A DNA stretch of 63,770 nucleotides, filler included, from Ministeria vibrans ATCC 50519 (Eukaryota > Protista > Filasterea): the NCBI GenBank assembly GCA_943704425.1. It is 8 parts of 8 records of this genome, joined end to end, with 100 filler letters (N's around TTAATTAATTAA, not from the genome) between each part and the next. Parts side by side here need not be neighbours in the genome. Positions count along the whole stretch, not along the records: positions 62,198 to 63,770 come from CALSCP010000843.1; 7 more parts are not named here. The stretch is one strand, 5' to 3'. The position numbers were made by a program, and so were the translations under genes. The notes beneath the pieces were generated by a model that was not told the DNA's origin, did no database searches, and saw only the letters and a list, made by a program, of their open reading frames with translations. Shown here in pieces: positions 62,411 to 63,770 of this stretch; positions within the stretch are counted from its first letter, which is position 1, and every line of letters begins with the position of its first letter.

Positions 62411-63650
62411 CAAACGAAACGAGCTCGCGCACAAGGCAAAGAACAGCAGCGAGAAATGTGTTGTGCTCGAGGTCGTCGGCGACAACAGAACCGTTTTTGC
62501 CCAGGAAGTTGGCGAGCCAGGCACACAGGTCGGGGAAGAAGGTCAAGATAGCGCCAGTGGTGGCCATGGTGCGGTCTTCGGCGGCATCTGCAAAGGGCGT
62601 GGCGCTGATACTAGCCCACTCAAAGGTGAGTGTCACACGGTCGAGGCTCGCGTAGTTGGGAGCAACGTCAACGAACAGAGTCGTGATGGTAGAGGCGTAC
62701 TCGGCGCGCAGCTCGACAGGCAATTTGGTGTCCTTGAGAGCAGTGAATGCTTCGTTGTATGTGAGGTAGCACAAGTCGACAGTGATGGCTTGCAATGCCG
62801 TTGCGTTGCGGCCAAGACACAGTTTGCGGAAGAGGTCGAGTTGAGCCACGAGATAGGCAAAGGCCTCGGTGCCAGGCAGTCCTGTCTGCCGGAAGGGCGC
62901 AGTCGAATGTCGGCACTGGCTGAACTCGTGTAGTGGCATGCCAGTGGGATCGTCGGCGGAGAACCGCACTGTGACCCATGTATCCGAGCCGAAGACATCA
63001 GTGTAAAAAAGTACTCCTGAGTCCTACCAGTAGAGAAAGGCGGTCGAGGGAAGGAATGAGAAAAAAGTGAAAGAAAGACGAAGGATATTAGTGATGAAAA
63101 CAAAAAGAGAAATAACAAAGAATAAAGAAAGGAGAGAAAGGAAGAAATACATAGTGCACACCTTTTCGGCAATGAGAAGAGTGTTAACAATGTAGTCTTG
63201 AAATTTCTTGATGGCGACACCGTCGCAGACACAGAGAGCAGAGAGGAAGTTGAGGTAGTGCGCGTTTTTCTGTTTCTTGAGCAGACGGATGAAGAAATCG
63301 ACGCGATGGGGAGGCAGCAGGTCGACAACCTGCCGATTGTCGAGCACGAGTTCGGTGAGCGTGGCAGACGCATTAAAGCCATGGTTCGTTTCAATCTGCT
63401 CGAACATTTGCGGAATAAAGCGCGCACAGTAATTTTCATTCTTGCGCTGTATAGATAGAAGACAATTCGATTAGAAGAGTGTTTGTGTGGATGGATATGG
63501 ACGTCATACAGAGTGACCTTGAAGGTAGACGTCGAGTACACTATTGACATTGGCTGAGATGGTCAGTAGAGTGCGGCAGTTGGCATTTCGACGCGATGCA
63601 ATGGTCTCGAGTGAGATGGGAGGAGTGGCGCGTGTGGGCGCAAAGATGGC
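62411..63650 (-). CDS. ITPR: Inositol 1,4,5-trisphosphate receptor, internal fragment (RIH region)
   Basis: RKNENY..LTELVLDNRQVV..FIRLL..YLNFLSALCVCDGVAI..Q; YLVAQLDLFRKLCLGRN..LP.ELRA....LFVD. Confidence 0.9.
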
Positions 63651-63675
63651 CTACAGAAATGCAAAGCCAACAAAT

Positions 63676-63770
<95 letters not shown>

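Overview
Intron-rich, compact eukaryotic genomic DNA using the standard genetic code, with GT-AG introns wherever I checked. The window is not one locus: at least eight contigs are joined by an artificial 100-nt spacer (N44-TTAATTAATTAA-N44). Gene content points to a flagellated, probably unicellular holozoan (inference): integrin beta with MIDAS and NPxF/NPxY tail, R7-type DEP-DHEX-GGL-RGS, ZGLP1-like GATA factor, adhesion GPCR, ITPR, DOCK-C/D, RNF141, hormone-sensitive lipase, and the cilium genes FUZ and an LRRC23/LRGUK-like LRR. About 26 genes or gene fragments can be reconstructed. The most unusual element is a 4,057-bp intron that splits the HMG box of a Q-rich HMG-box gene. It holds a dozen or more 45-75 nt hairpins separated by microsatellite spacers, several with pre-miRNA geometry on the host sense strand, so it is a candidate intronic small-RNA cluster. 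Other points of interest are a candidate C/D snoRNA in an HSP90 intron, a second PSI-like repeat and a PDZ-type C-terminus in integrin beta, and a dispersed intronic TATCACTTTG minisatellite. All family assignments come from motif recognition and recalled homologs; no database searches or folding software were run.
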